Positions 28,368 through 37,363 are shown, counted from the stretch's first letter. The stretch is DNA of 64,000 nt from Oscillospiraceae bacterium (GCA_015065295.1 SVQN01000005.1:2133-66132), one strand, 5' to 3'. Numbers and translations: made by a program. Notes: generated by a model not told the origin, from the letters alone.

Positions 28368-28641
28368 CGTCCAGAACCTCGTCCATTGCTTCTTTGAAAG
28401 AGGAGTAATGCTTATAATTTTCCGGATGCTTCTTCATTTCTTTATATTCGTCCAGCGCGGCTCTGGTTTCTGCGTTCGGAACATCCCGGCGAATTTCAAA
28501 CGGAATGCGCTGTTCCCGTACAGCCTGCTTTAGAAACAGGGTGACAGCGGTTGTAAGATCGATCCCGAAATCCGCGAACAATTCCTGTGCAGAGCGTTTC
28601 AGTTCGGCATCCAGACTGATATTCGTGCTGACTTTTGCCAT
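28360..28641 (-). CDS. dinJ: type II antitoxin, DinJ/RelB family
   Basis: MAKVSTNISLDAELKRSAQELFADFGIDLTTAVTLFLKQAVREQRIPFEI is a ribbon-helix-helix DinJ-type N-terminus. Confidence 0.85.
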   Translation of the reverse strand: MAKVSTNISLDAELKRSAQELFADFGIDLTTAVTLFLKQAVREQRIPFEIRRDVPNAETRAALDEYKEMKKHPENYKHYSSFKEAMDEVLDDA

Positions 28642-28662
28642 ATCAACACCTCCTTTTGTATC

Positions 28663-28691
28663 ATTATAGCATAATATGCGCGTGTTGTCAA
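28663..28691 (-). promoter_or_regulatory. dinJ-yafQ promoter with a palindrome in the spacer
   Basis: Minus strand TTGACA-17 nt-TATAAT. The spacer contains GCATATTATGC, a possible autoregulation operator. Confidence 0.5.
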
Positions 28692-28715
28692 CGTATTATG
28701 TGTATATCATTGGCA

Positions 28716-29408
28716 TCATTCCTTCCCCTGCCGCTTCTGCATCCGCTGCCAGTTGACGAAGCCGTAGGTGTCGTTGAGGAAGAACATCGCAAAGCAGAGG
28801 ATCATCGGGAAGTACGACGGGTCTTCCATGGAGGCCAGCACCCATAAAACGATCAGCACCACATCGTTCGCCGCATACGCCAGCGCATAGAACGGACTCC
28901 GGCGGAACGTCAGATACGACGCAAGAAAACTGGTCGTGACGGAAAGCGTACTCGGAAGCAGATTGGCGGTACCGAAAAACGCCAGAATGAAATAGAACAG
29001 CACCGTCACGGCGACGGTCAGTACGCCGAGCAGGCAGATTTCCGGCAGCTTCAGCCGGTTCACGCGGACTTCCGCTTTTCCCTGTTCATACGGATTCCGC
29101 AGCCATGACACGACCGCCAGTGCCGCCATCGGCGCGCTCATTCCGAGATAGGTAATCATCTCCCCGTAATAACGGAACGTCCACGAAATGCCCCCGTAAA
29201 ATACGCTGAACACAACGGTCAGCACCTGCCCGAGCGGATCGCCTTTCGCCACGAAAATCAGCGCAGTCACGCCGATCAGCGACGCGGTCAGGGACAGCCA
29301 GTCGAACACCGGAGACAATACGGACGACAGCGTCACGCCGACGATCGAAAACAGCCATAACCCCCGTTCAAATTTCGATAAACTCCGGATTTTACGAATA
29401 AAATACAT
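28716..29408 (-). CDS. pnuC: nicotinamide riboside transporter PnuC family
   Basis: 230 aa polytopic membrane protein. C-terminal FLNDTYGFVNW is PnuC-like. Confidence 0.7.
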   Translation of the reverse strand: MYFIRKIRSLSKFERGLWLFSIVGVTLSSVLSPVFDWLSLTASLIGVTALIFVAKGDPLGQVLTVVFSVFYGGISWTFRYYGEMITYLGMSAPMAALAVVSWLRNPYEQGKAEVRVNRLKLPEICLLGVLTVAVTVLFYFILAFFGTANLLPSTLSVTTSFLASYLTFRRSPFYALAYAANDVVLIVLWVLASMEDPSYFPMILCFAMFFLNDTYGFVNWQRMQKRQGKE

Positions 29409-29421
29409 AAAAAACCTCTGT

Positions 29422-29477
29422 AAAAAAGCACTTACAACGCATCTTCAAAGACCTAACGATGCGTCATAAGTGCTTTT
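29422..29477 (-). terminator. terminator-like hairpin in the pnuC leader (possible attenuator)
   Basis: Minus strand AAAAGCACTTATGACGCATCG..CGATGCGTTGTAAGTGCTTTTTT lies just upstream of the RBS. An upstream AGTGCaaaaGCACT could compete for the left arm. Confidence 0.45.
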
Positions 29478-29540
29478 GCACTTTCTACCCGGTGGCAGAA
29501 AAACTATAAATTCAAGCAAATCCGTATTTTATCCCAGTTC

Positions 29541-29600
29541 AAAAGTTTATGAAGAGGGGTTCGGGGAGGAACTTTTTTCAAAAAGTTCTTCCCCGAGAAA
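29541..29600 (+). repeat. U-family hairpin element U7
   Basis: aaaagtttatgaagaggggttcGGGGAGGAACTTTTTTcAAAAAGTTCTTCCCCgagaaa. Confidence 0.7.
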
Positions 29601-29610
29601 CTCAATTTTA

Positions 29611-30690
29611 TTAAAGATCAATGGTAACTTCGTGGCCGCACGCGTTGGAGCGGATGATACCGTCGATGATTGCCTGGTTGTAGATGATCTGGGAAGTCGG
29701 GATGGGAGCGGGACCGCCGGTGAGACAAGCGTCCACGAACGCGCGGATCTTGGATTCAAACATACCCATCTTGACGTTGTTGCCTTCGACTTCGATCTGG
29801 GTCGCAACCTGCTTGCCGTCTTCGTCGTCCTTGTAGAGAAGGAGATCGCCTGCGGCACCGTCCCAGCAGCAGCCGACGGGAGCCTTGACCTTCAGACCTG
29901 CGTCGGTACCGAAGAACATGGAGTCACCGGTGGTGTCCATATTCATCGCCCAGGATGCGCGGTAGTCGATCACGATGTCGCCTTCGCAACGGATCATGGC
30001 AACGGCGAAGTCGTCGTCAACGGTGAAGCGGTCAGCTTCCGCGTACTTCTTCGGGTTCTTGCCGAAGTGAGCGAACTGCTTTGCGGAAACGGTGAGCGGC
30101 TTCGGATAGCCGATGGAGTTGAGCGCGAAGTCGAGGCCGTAGCAGCCGATGTCACCAACCGCACCTACCGCAGCCTTGTCCTTTTCGATGAAGGTACGTC
30201 CGGGGATACCCTTGACGCGGCCGCCGCCGACGACAACGTAGTAAATCTGACCGAGAACGCCGGAGTCGATAACTTCCTTAACCTTCTTGACGTTTGCGCC
30301 GTAACGGGGCTGGAAGCCGACGGTTACGAACTTGCCGGTCGCCTGTTCAACCGCGCGGATCGCCTTTGCTTCGTCCAGCGTTACGCAGAGCGGCTTTTCC
30401 AGCATAACGTTCTTGCCGGAAGTGAGCGCGCAGATACACGGAGCCGCGTGCTGGGAGTTGTAGGTGCAGATGGAAACTGCGTCGATGTCGCGTCTCGCGC
30501 ACAGTTCTTCGTGGGTTTCGTAAGCGGTCGCTTCCGTCCAGCCGAATTCGTCGAGGAATTTGCGAGCCTTGCCGGGAATGATGTCCGCGCCGGCTACGAT
30601 TTCAACGTCGTCGAACTGCTTGTAAGCGTTTGCGTGAGCGTGCGCGATGCCGCCGGTACCGATGATCCCTACTCTTAATTTGTCTGCCAT
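29611..30690 (-). CDS. Gfo/Idh/MocA-family NAD(P)-dependent oxidoreductase
   Basis: Start moved to MADKLRVGIIGTGGIAHAHANAY (AAAGGAGA RBS). Rossmann GxGxxA motif. Confidence 0.88.
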   Translation of the reverse strand: MADKLRVGIIGTGGIAHAHANAYKQFDDVEIVAGADIIPGKARKFLDEFGWTEATAYETHEELCARRDIDAVSICTYNSQHAAPCICALTSGKNVMLEKPLCVTLDEAKAIRAVEQATGKFVTVGFQPRYGANVKKVKEVIDSGVLGQIYYVVVGGGRVKGIPGRTFIEKDKAAVGAVGDIGCYGLDFALNSIGYPKPLTVSAKQFAHFGKNPKKYAEADRFTVDDDFAVAMIRCEGDIVIDYRASWAMNMDTTGDSMFFGTDAGLKVKAPVGCCWDGAAGDLLLYKDDEDGKQVATQIEVEGNNVKMGMFESKIRAFVDACLTGGPAPIPTSQIIYNQAIIDGIIRSNACGHEVTIDL

Positions 30691-30797
30691 TTTTAAATTC
30701 TCCTTTGTGAGATTTAAGATTGGTTTTATTATAACACAGGTCGGAAGAGATTGCAAGTTTTTTGTGCAAATCTATAGTGGCAGTTAAATAGACGATC

Positions 30798-31020
30798 ATT
30801 GCCTCCCTCTCCGAGGGAGGTGGCAGCGTTTGTCAGTCGTCACTTTAAACGAAACGAACAATAGCTGACGGAAGGAGTGGCAATAATTTGCACCCAGCGT
30901 GATTCCTACTGATAAAACGAGTGCAGTTATTATGTTTAAGACTCCTTCCGTCGGCGAGTAACATACATCTAAGGGGAATGTTTGCTAATCGCCGCCACCT
31001 CCCTCAGCGAGGGAGGCAAT
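30798..31020. repeat. long palindromic element H4
   Basis: ATTGCCTCCCTCtccgaGGGAGGTGGC ... GCCACCTCCCTCagcgaGGGAGGCAAT. Inner arms gacggaaggagt/actccttccgtc. Confidence 0.65.
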
Positions 31021-31047
31021 GGATTCTTTTTCAGCGGACACTATGGC

Positions 31048-31815
31048 TTAAATCAGACTCTTGCCTTCCCATTCTTCGTCAGGTTCAACTCCGAGCAGAG
31101 TGGTGATGGTCGGCGCAATGTCCTTGATGCTGACGCCGGTGAGAACCTTGCCTGCTTCAAACGCGGGACCGCGGAAGAAGACGGGGATCGTCATGTCTTC
31201 CGGCATGGTGGAGCCGTGGCTGCGGTCGTGTCCGCCGTGGTCGGCGGTGATGATGACCGTCCAGTCGTCCGTGAGAGCGGAAATCGCTTTTTCAACCTTT
31301 TCCCACGATTCCTTCATGGCTTCCATGTAGTGTTCGGACATCCAGCCGCTTCCGTGGCCGACCGCGTCGGTCAGACCAAAGTAAAGGAACGAGAAGTCCG
31401 GCTGATACTTCGGAACGTAGTCGCAGAAAATTTCGCAGGCGTGCAGGTCGGCAGCTTCGTAGGTTTCGTGATGCCCGGCGCAGTAGCAGCCGAACGCGAT
31501 GGAATCCGGACGGGCAAGATCGCGCAGTTCTTCCCAGGTGTAGAAAAACGCGTTTTTCTTTTTTGCCTGCTTCAGGACTTCGCAGATACCGCGGATCGGA
31601 CGTACCTGCGGCATATAGGTGTTCGTCGTGATGCCGTGACGGCCGGGGTCAACACTGTGGAACAGGGACATATGGCACGGCAGCGTAACGGACGGAAAGA
31701 CGGTCTCCGCGTCAAGGGTGTAGCTGGACGTTTTTTTGAGTTCTTCCACGAGCGGAATACCGCCGATGGCGTCCGGACGCATACCGTCGAGAAGGATAAG
31801 GACAACTTTGTTCAT
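31048..31815 (-). CDS. alkaline-phosphatase-superfamily phosphodiesterase/nucleotide pyrophosphatase
   Basis: VVLILLDGMRPD, PSVTLPCHMSLF and ADHGGHD metal-site motifs. Confidence 0.8.
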   Translation of the reverse strand: MNKVVLILLDGMRPDAIGGIPLVEELKKTSSYTLDAETVFPSVTLPCHMSLFHSVDPGRHGITTNTYMPQVRPIRGICEVLKQAKKKNAFFYTWEELRDLARPDSIAFGCYCAGHHETYEAADLHACEIFCDYVPKYQPDFSFLYFGLTDAVGHGSGWMSEHYMEAMKESWEKVEKAISALTDDWTVIITADHGGHDRSHGSTMPEDMTIPVFFRGPAFEAGKVLTGVSIKDIAPTITTLLGVEPDEEWEGKSLI

Positions 31816-31983
31816 GAGAAAACCTCCGTTGCGAATAATTTCGGTGAGGTCATTGTAGCACAGCCGTCCGGGATTGTCAAGATGCGGACAAACTCTCGCT
31901 TTGGTTGGGGAATTCCGTCGGAATGAGTGCTGTACATCCGGCGGAATTTCCGGTATAATAAAACCGTAGATCTACGATAAACT

Positions 31984-32437
31984 CTGTTATAACAATAAAT
32001 GAGTAAATATAAAATCTGCCGAACGATAAGCCAAACTTTATCTTCGCACCCAACGTTGTCATTCCGAAGGCGATGCTTTCTGAAAATTAAAGCTGCACGT
32101 CCTACCTGAGGAATCTTCGCACGCCACTGTGTCAGCCGTAGGAAATGTCCGTGGTTATGTTAGGATTTCGGCTACCGAGGTTTACGAATGCCTATAACGA
32201 ACAGTCTACACAAATATAGAAACAGCGAATTGTACATTATGACAAAGTTGAACCTCTGAAGCTGAATAGGAGAACGTTACACGGACATTCCTTACGACTG
32301 ACACAGTGGCGTGCGAAGATTCCTCGGACAAGAACCTCAGCTGTGATTTTAAGTGATAAGTCCTCGGAATGACAACGTGAAGCCGAAAACGAAAGAATTC
32401 TGTCTATTTTTCGGATTTGCTCATTTACAGTTATAAT
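31984..32437. repeat. ~450-bp long-hairpin element P
   Basis: Arms ctgttataacaataaatgag...gtcattccgaagg...cttcgcacgccactgtgtcagccgtaggaaatgtccgtg pair with cacggacattccttacgactgacacagtggcgtgcgaag...cctcggaatgac...ctcatttacagttataa. Confidence 0.65.
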
Positions 32438-32450
32438 ATATCCACTCCAT

Positions 32451-32510
32451 AAAGGTTTTTGGAAGGGGTTTGGGGAAACCTTTTTCCTTAAAAAAGGTTT
32501 CCCCAAGAAA
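32451..32510 (+). repeat. U-family hairpin element U8
   Basis: aaaggtttttggaaggggttTGGGGAAACCTTTTTccttAAAAAAGGTTTCCCCAagaaa. Confidence 0.75.
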
Positions 32511-32533
32511 ACACATTAAAAAGGAGTTTCACA

Positions 32534-33295
32534 ATGCTCGAATTTGACCGAAGAATCAAAAACCTCCGCAAATCCCGCGGCATCACGCAGGAACAGCTTG
32601 CCGGATACCTCGACGTGTCCCCGCAGGCCGTCTCGCGCTGGGAAACCGGCACGTCCTGCCCCGATATCGCCCTTCTTCCGCAGATCGCCGCCCTGTTTGA
32701 AATCACCACGGACGAACTGCTCGGCGTGAACGAAACCGAAAAACGCCGCGAAATCAACGCGGTTGTCCGCGAAACGTCCGCGCTCATCGACAAAAATATC
32801 ACCGATGAGCCCATCCGCACCCTTCGCGCCGCACTGACGAAATATCCCAACAACGACCGTCTCCTCTGTACGCTCATGTACGCCCTCTATGCCGCCAGTG
32901 AGGATGAGGACTTCTGCAAAGCGCACGACGCGGAAATTCTCGCCATCGCCGACCGTATTTTCGACTATTCCACGGACGAAGACTGCCGCAACGAAGCGCG
33001 CCGCCTGCTGTTCCGCCACTGCTGCGACACCGGACGGACGGCGGAAGCCATGAGAATTGCCGGCGAAATGCCGGATATCGAAACGTGCGTCCAGCGCAAT
33101 ATCTACTGGGTTCTCACCGGGGAAGACCGCCTGTCCTACCTGCGCGAACGGATTTCGGACGATCTCCGCGCGCTGACGTGGGATATCTGGGCGTATGAAA
33201 CCCACGCCGACCTTCCGCCGGAGGAAAAACAGAAGCTGGAGAAGCTGTATCAGACCATCGACCGGATGGTGAAAGAAACCTTCCCGGAAGCGTGA
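32534..33295 (+). CDS. XRE-family HTH transcriptional regulator with helical C-terminal domain
   Basis: IKNLRKSRGITQEQLAGYLDVSPQAVSRWETG is the HTH_3 motif. Confidence 0.88.
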   Translation: MLEFDRRIKNLRKSRGITQEQLAGYLDVSPQAVSRWETGTSCPDIALLPQIAALFEITTDELLGVNETEKRREINAVVRETSALIDKNITDEPIRTLRAALTKYPNNDRLLCTLMYALYAASEDEDFCKAHDAEILAIADRIFDYSTDEDCRNEARRLLFRHCCDTGRTAEAMRIAGEMPDIETCVQRNIYWVLTGEDRLSYLRERISDDLRALTWDIWAYETHADLPPEEKQKLEKLYQTIDRMVKETFPEA

Positions 33296-33369
33296 AAAAA
33301 CGGGGCTGTCGCATTAAGGAAAAATTTCCGAAATACGACAGCCATATTTTATATCTGGACTGTCCATCT

Positions 33370-33518
33370 GTTCTTTTTCTCCTTTAGCGAGGAGAAAAAG
33401 AACCAAAAAGAGGAACTTTTTCAGAAGTCAAGGGCATTTCGACCTCTGCGGAGGTCGACGAGGGACTCCGTCCCTTCGAACCCTGCGAGCTTTTGAAAAA
33501 GCTCGACCAAAACTTTTC
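33370..33518 (+). repeat. S-family four-hairpin element S2
   Basis: ctcctttagcgaggag; tcgacctcTGCGgaggtcga; gagggacTCCgtccctt; gagcTTTTGAAAAAgctc. Confidence 0.7.
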
Positions 33519-33561
33519 ACTTGCGACAATTCTTGAAACCCCTGCACTTTTCCACAGGATG

Positions 33562-34761
33562 TTATTCCGCTTTAATCAATACGCCTTCGCCCGCCGCCAG
33601 CGTGATTTCGTTTGTTTCCGCATCGACGAACACGCCGTCCTTCATCACGGTCAGCGCGGCATCCGTGCGAATCACAAACGTGCGCGGCGCGAGAAAATCG
33701 CGGTTGACGAGGTACATACTGCCGTCATCGAACACACCGATCACGCCGCAGTCACCGTCAATACCCTGCACTTTTCCACAGGATGTGAACGCCGTCGTTC
33801 CCTTTTCGGCCGTATCGCCGATGTGGTAAACGCCCGTGGACGTGCGTCCGAACAGGTATTCGCCGACCGGCTTGATGACCTTGTTGATCGACTGTACGTC
33901 GTAGTAATGCTGCATCTTGTTGCCGACGGTGTCGCACATTGCGTTCGTCCACTGCCAGTGTTCGTCATACGACGGTTCCCAGTAGGTGAAGTAGGACACA
34001 CGCTTCATGCCGTAGACAAGGCTCATGTTGACTTCCCACAGAAGTTCGCCGTACGTCAGATTGCGGTAGGGGCCGTGTTCGGTCAGCAGGACGATCAGCA
34101 TCGCGTCGAGGTCATATTTGAGCGAAACGTTCCGGATGTCCTCGATGTTTTCGAAGAATCCGCCTCGGTTGACGGTCGTTTCGGCGGACAGACGGATGAG
34201 GCGTTCGCGTTCGTCCACGGTGCTGTCGATCACGGCGTTGCGCTTTTCCCGGCCGAGGAAGTGGTAATGGTCGTAACTGATGAAATGCGGGCGTACGACG
34301 TTGACGAATTCCTCGAGATGGGTGATGTAGTCGGGATTGCCGAGCTGTTCGGGGCTGGCGTAGTTCGGGAACAGGTTGATGACGGTTTCCTTATCGGGGG
34401 AATACCGGCGGAACGCGTTCACGATGGCGGCGAGGATCGGGAATTTCGCGGCGTTCGGCTCATCGGTGATGTCCCATCCGATGAGGTTTTCAAATTCCGC
34501 GTAATCTTCAACGATTTCGCGCACGACGGTATCCACGGCGGCAATGTCTTCGTCGTGATACAGCTTGCCGATGCGGGGATCGTGTACTTCTCCGCGCAGA
34601 CCGTAGCGGCGGAGGAGACGGAGAGCGGTCTTGTTGGTTTCGGTATCGCTTCCGAGCGGAACGAGCGTGATCCCGGATGCGGCGATATCCGCGATGACCT
34701 CCGGACGGGTGATGAATTCGCGGAACGGCCCATGGAAATAGGTAATGTCAAATTGATTCAT
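33562..34761 (-). CDS. hypothetical protein, possibly TIM-barrel glycoside-hydrolase-like
   Basis: 399-aa ORF with AGGAGG RBS. GWDITDEP resembles the acid/base strand of clan GH-A enzymes. The function is a guess. Confidence 0.7.
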   Translation of the reverse strand: MNQFDITYFHGPFREFITRPEVIADIAASGITLVPLGSDTETNKTALRLLRRYGLRGEVHDPRIGKLYHDEDIAAVDTVVREIVEDYAEFENLIGWDITDEPNAAKFPILAAIVNAFRRYSPDKETVINLFPNYASPEQLGNPDYITHLEEFVNVVRPHFISYDHYHFLGREKRNAVIDSTVDERERLIRLSAETTVNRGGFFENIEDIRNVSLKYDLDAMLIVLLTEHGPYRNLTYGELLWEVNMSLVYGMKRVSYFTYWEPSYDEHWQWTNAMCDTVGNKMQHYYDVQSINKVIKPVGEYLFGRTSTGVYHIGDTAEKGTTAFTSCGKVQGIDGDCGVIGVFDDGSMYLVNRDFLAPRTFVIRTDAALTVMKDGVFVDAETNEITLAAGEGVLIKAE

Positions 34762-34830
34762 GTGGAACCTCCTTGGAAAAATTTTCGATTGAATTTTATT
34801 TGGATGTGTTCGATGACCTCATTTGTTTTC

Positions 34831-34968
34831 GTAGGGACACGGCGTGCCGTGTCCGCCAAACAAATTGGAAAAACAAAATTTGATCGGATTTTTATCGGAA
34901 ACAAACATTTTTTGACAAAATATTGTTTGTCTGAATTGGTCTGCGGACACGGCACGCCGTGTCCCTAC
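34831..34968. repeat. H-family REPIN-like doublet H3
   Basis: GTAGGGACACGGCGTGCCGTGTCCG (34831-34855) and CGGACACGGCACGCCGTGTCCCTAC (34944-34968). The ends are identical to H1. Confidence 0.8.
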
Positions 34969-34984
34969 AGGTGATCGAACAGGT

Positions 34985-35320
34985 CTATTTATGTATCCAT
35001 GCGCTGAGAATCATAGCGGCGATCCCCAGTACAAAATAAACCGCGGCATATAACAGAAACGCCGTTTCTCCCGGCTCAAAACAAATCCACGTTCCCGCAA
35101 GAAACGCGGCGGCATTGTATAGCGGAACCCACCACAGGTTCCGGAGGTGCTTTCCGGCGGTTACGCCGGTGAAAACCGCGCACAGCGGATCGACGCAGAA
35201 AAACAGCAGCAGACAGATCGTCATCGCCATGCCGGACTGAATCAGCCGGACGGTCAGCCACGGCAGAACGAGCATCACGCCGAGGATCGCGGCGCAGGTC
35301 ACGAGGATCGTCTTTTTCAT
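34985..35320 (-). CDS. hypothetical membrane protein (4 TM)
   Basis: 111 aa, almost entirely hydrophobic helices. Confidence 0.65.
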   Translation of the reverse strand: MKKTILVTCAAILGVMLVLPWLTVRLIQSGMAMTICLLLFFCVDPLCAVFTGVTAGKHLRNLWWVPLYNAAAFLAGTWICFEPGETAFLLYAAVYFVLGIAAMILSAWIHK

Positions 35321-35382
35321 GTGATGGTTCCTTTCAGAGTTCTTCTGCGGTCATTGTATCATAAATGTCCGCAAAAATCCAC

Positions 35383-35417
35383 AGAAAAAAAGAAAAACCT
35401 GATGATTTCTCATCAGG
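35383..35417 (-). terminator. intrinsic terminator after tRNA-Ser
   Basis: Minus strand CCTGATGAgaaaTCATCAGG followed by a long T tract. Confidence 0.7.
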
Positions 35418-35422
35418 TTTGA

Positions 35423-35512
35423 CGCAAAGGGAGAGATTCGAACTCTCGGTCGGTTATTAGCCGAACACACGATTTCCAGTCGTGCGCCTTAGACCAGCTC
35501 AGCCACCTTTGC
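35423..35512 (-). tRNA. tRNA-Ser (anticodon GGA)
   Basis: Minus strand GCAAAGGTGGCTGAGCTGGTCTAAGGCGCACGACTGGAAATCGTG-long variable arm-GAGAGTTCGAATCTCTCCCTTTGCG. 7-bp acceptor stem, TTCGAAT T-loop, CTGGAAA anticodon loop, no encoded CCA. Confidence 0.9.
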
Positions 35513-35631
35513 GTATCGGTGTGCTGTGTCTATCAGACACAATATTTGTTTGCGCTGTTTCATCCAGCCTCTATATTATATCACCGCGACTTCCTTTTGT
35601 CAAGAGCTTTTTAAAACTTTTTTTGAAAAAT

Positions 35632-35664
35632 TTCAAAAAAATCGGGGAGGAGAAATCCTCCCCG
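35632..35664 (-). terminator. intrinsic terminator after first SBP gene
   Basis: Minus strand CGGGGAGGAtttcTCCTCCCCG followed by ATTTTTTT. Confidence 0.7.
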
Positions 35665-35678
35665 AACGATTCGTTTTC

Positions 35679-37169
35679 TTAACCGTTTGCCTGAATCTTT
35701 TCTACGGCTTTCTGGAGCATCTTGGTGATGACCTTGGAGTTGGTTGCCCAGTAGGAAGCGTAGTTGCTGTTCTTTGCGGGCATCAGCGTACGGAGGACGA
35801 ACCACGGATTGCCGATGGATTCGTTGTAAAGCTGTTCGAAGTTGATGAGTGCACTGTCCTGAATAAGGTCCATCATTTCCGCGGTCTGTTCGTCGCGGGA
35901 GTAACGGTTCTTCAGCGCAACGTCAAAGTATGCCGGAGTAACGGTGCGGTAGCTCTGTGCGCCGAGTGCTTCGAGAACTGCTGCGGACATTTCGGGATTC
36001 TTCGCGTCGATCGGCACGCACCAGAGAGACAGCGCGTCCTGTACGCGGGTACCGTATTTGCCCTGTGCTTCGTCGAGCATCGGGTACGGTAGAACGCCGA
36101 AGTCGTCTTCCATTTCCGCAAAGGTGGATGCGATGTTTTCCATTGCTGCCGTTACGAGAAGGGCACGGCCTTCCACGAAGATTTCACGTTCGGTGTAACC
36201 GCTCAGATGCGGACGGCAGCCCGGGTTGTTCCAGAACAGGTTGTAGACCTTTTCAACGATGGTCGTCATGCGTTCTTCATCCACATCGAGGAACGGCAGG
36301 CCGTTTTCGTCACGGGAAATCATCGAAACCTGACAGCCCTGAAGGAAGGAGTCAGCGTCGTTGATACAGGAAGTAATCAGACCGTAGTTGTCGGCAGGAG
36401 ATGCCGTACCGTCCCCGTCGGTGTCGATGTACGCAACGGAGGAGAGATTGTAGACATAGTCGATCGTCCAGCGGTTTTCCTTGACAACGTCGTACAGATT
36501 TTCAAGCTCATAGTCGGTCGCGAGCTTCTGGTTGAACGCAAAGACGAACATGGCGGACGTCATGGTCTTCGCGATGTTGCCGGTTACAAAGTACAGCTTA
36601 TTGGCAATTTCCAGTTCCTCAACGGCGGATGCGTTCCACCACGGCTGATCGAGATCGAGATGCGGCAGCGGCAGCACGTCGAGCAGCAGACCTTCCAGGG
36701 ACAGCGCCGGGATACGTGCGGACCAGCCCGCGATAATATCATACGCACCGTCCGCCGCCATAATAGAAGCGCGGAGCGAAGCAATGGCGTTGTTGTAGGA
36801 TTCCCAGCCTTCCGCGCGGATCGGGTTGAGCTGAATGTTGAGACGTTCCGATACCATCGCGTTGCGTTCGTAAACCGCATCATTGACGGGTTCGCCGGTC
36901 ATTTCTTCCACACCGATTTCCAGATACGCCTGATCGTCGCCGCGGGAGTGAATCGTCACGGTTTCCCCGTTGAAGTCCAGTTCGGGAAGGGTGTCCGGAA
37001 TATTTTCACGGGAAATTTCCGTTTCCTCGGGAACCGTTTCTTCCGAAACCTGTTCGCCGGAGACGGCGGGCGTTGCGTCCGGTGAAGCGGTGTCCTCGGT
37101 TTCCGCGCAGGACACAATCGCCGGCGCAAGCATCAGCAGAGCAAGGAGAAGGGACAGATGCTTCTTCAT
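35679..37169 (-). CDS. ABC-transporter extracellular solute-binding lipoprotein (family 1), paralogue A
   Basis: Start moved to MKKHLSLLLALLMLAPAIVSCAE (lipobox, AGGAGG RBS). About 500 aa, SBP-like. Closely similar to 37422-38912. Confidence 0.85.
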   Translation of the reverse strand: MKKHLSLLLALLMLAPAIVSCAETEDTASPDATPAVSGEQVSEETVPEETEISRENIPDTLPELDFNGETVTIHSRGDDQAYLEIGVEEMTGEPVNDAVYERNAMVSERLNIQLNPIRAEGWESYNNAIASLRASIMAADGAYDIIAGWSARIPALSLEGLLLDVLPLPHLDLDQPWWNASAVEELEIANKLYFVTGNIAKTMTSAMFVFAFNQKLATDYELENLYDVVKENRWTIDYVYNLSSVAYIDTDGDGTASPADNYGLITSCINDADSFLQGCQVSMISRDENGLPFLDVDEERMTTIVEKVYNLFWNNPGCRPHLSGYTEREIFVEGRALLVTAAMENIASTFAEMEDDFGVLPYPMLDEAQGKYGTRVQDALSLWCVPIDAKNPEMSAAVLEALGAQSYRTVTPAYFDVALKNRYSRDEQTAEMMDLIQDSALINFEQLYNESIGNPWFVLRTLMPAKNSNYASYWATNSKVITKMLQKAVEKIQANG

Positions 37170-37289
37170 GGGTATACCTCCTAAAAAATGATATATGGAT
37201 TTATTTATATTCAACAATTTATGAAGTGCATTTATGGATTATGCCTAAAAAAACAAAACGGAAATATAGTATTTTTGATATATGTATAA

Positions 37290-37318
37290 ATGATATCATA
37301 TTTTCGCTCATATGTCAA
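37290..37318 (-). promoter_or_regulatory. promoter of SBP paralogue A
   Basis: Minus strand TTGACA-17 nt-TATCAT. Confidence 0.45.
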
Positions 37319-37363
37319 TGGGTTTGACGGATGTGTTCCGGGAGATTTTCGGAATGTGTACAA

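Noticed and set aside
28092-28641. YafQ/DinJ pair as a novel system
   Set aside because: It is a standard type II toxin-antitoxin operon with the usual 8-nt overlap and promoter. It is annotated as a feature only.
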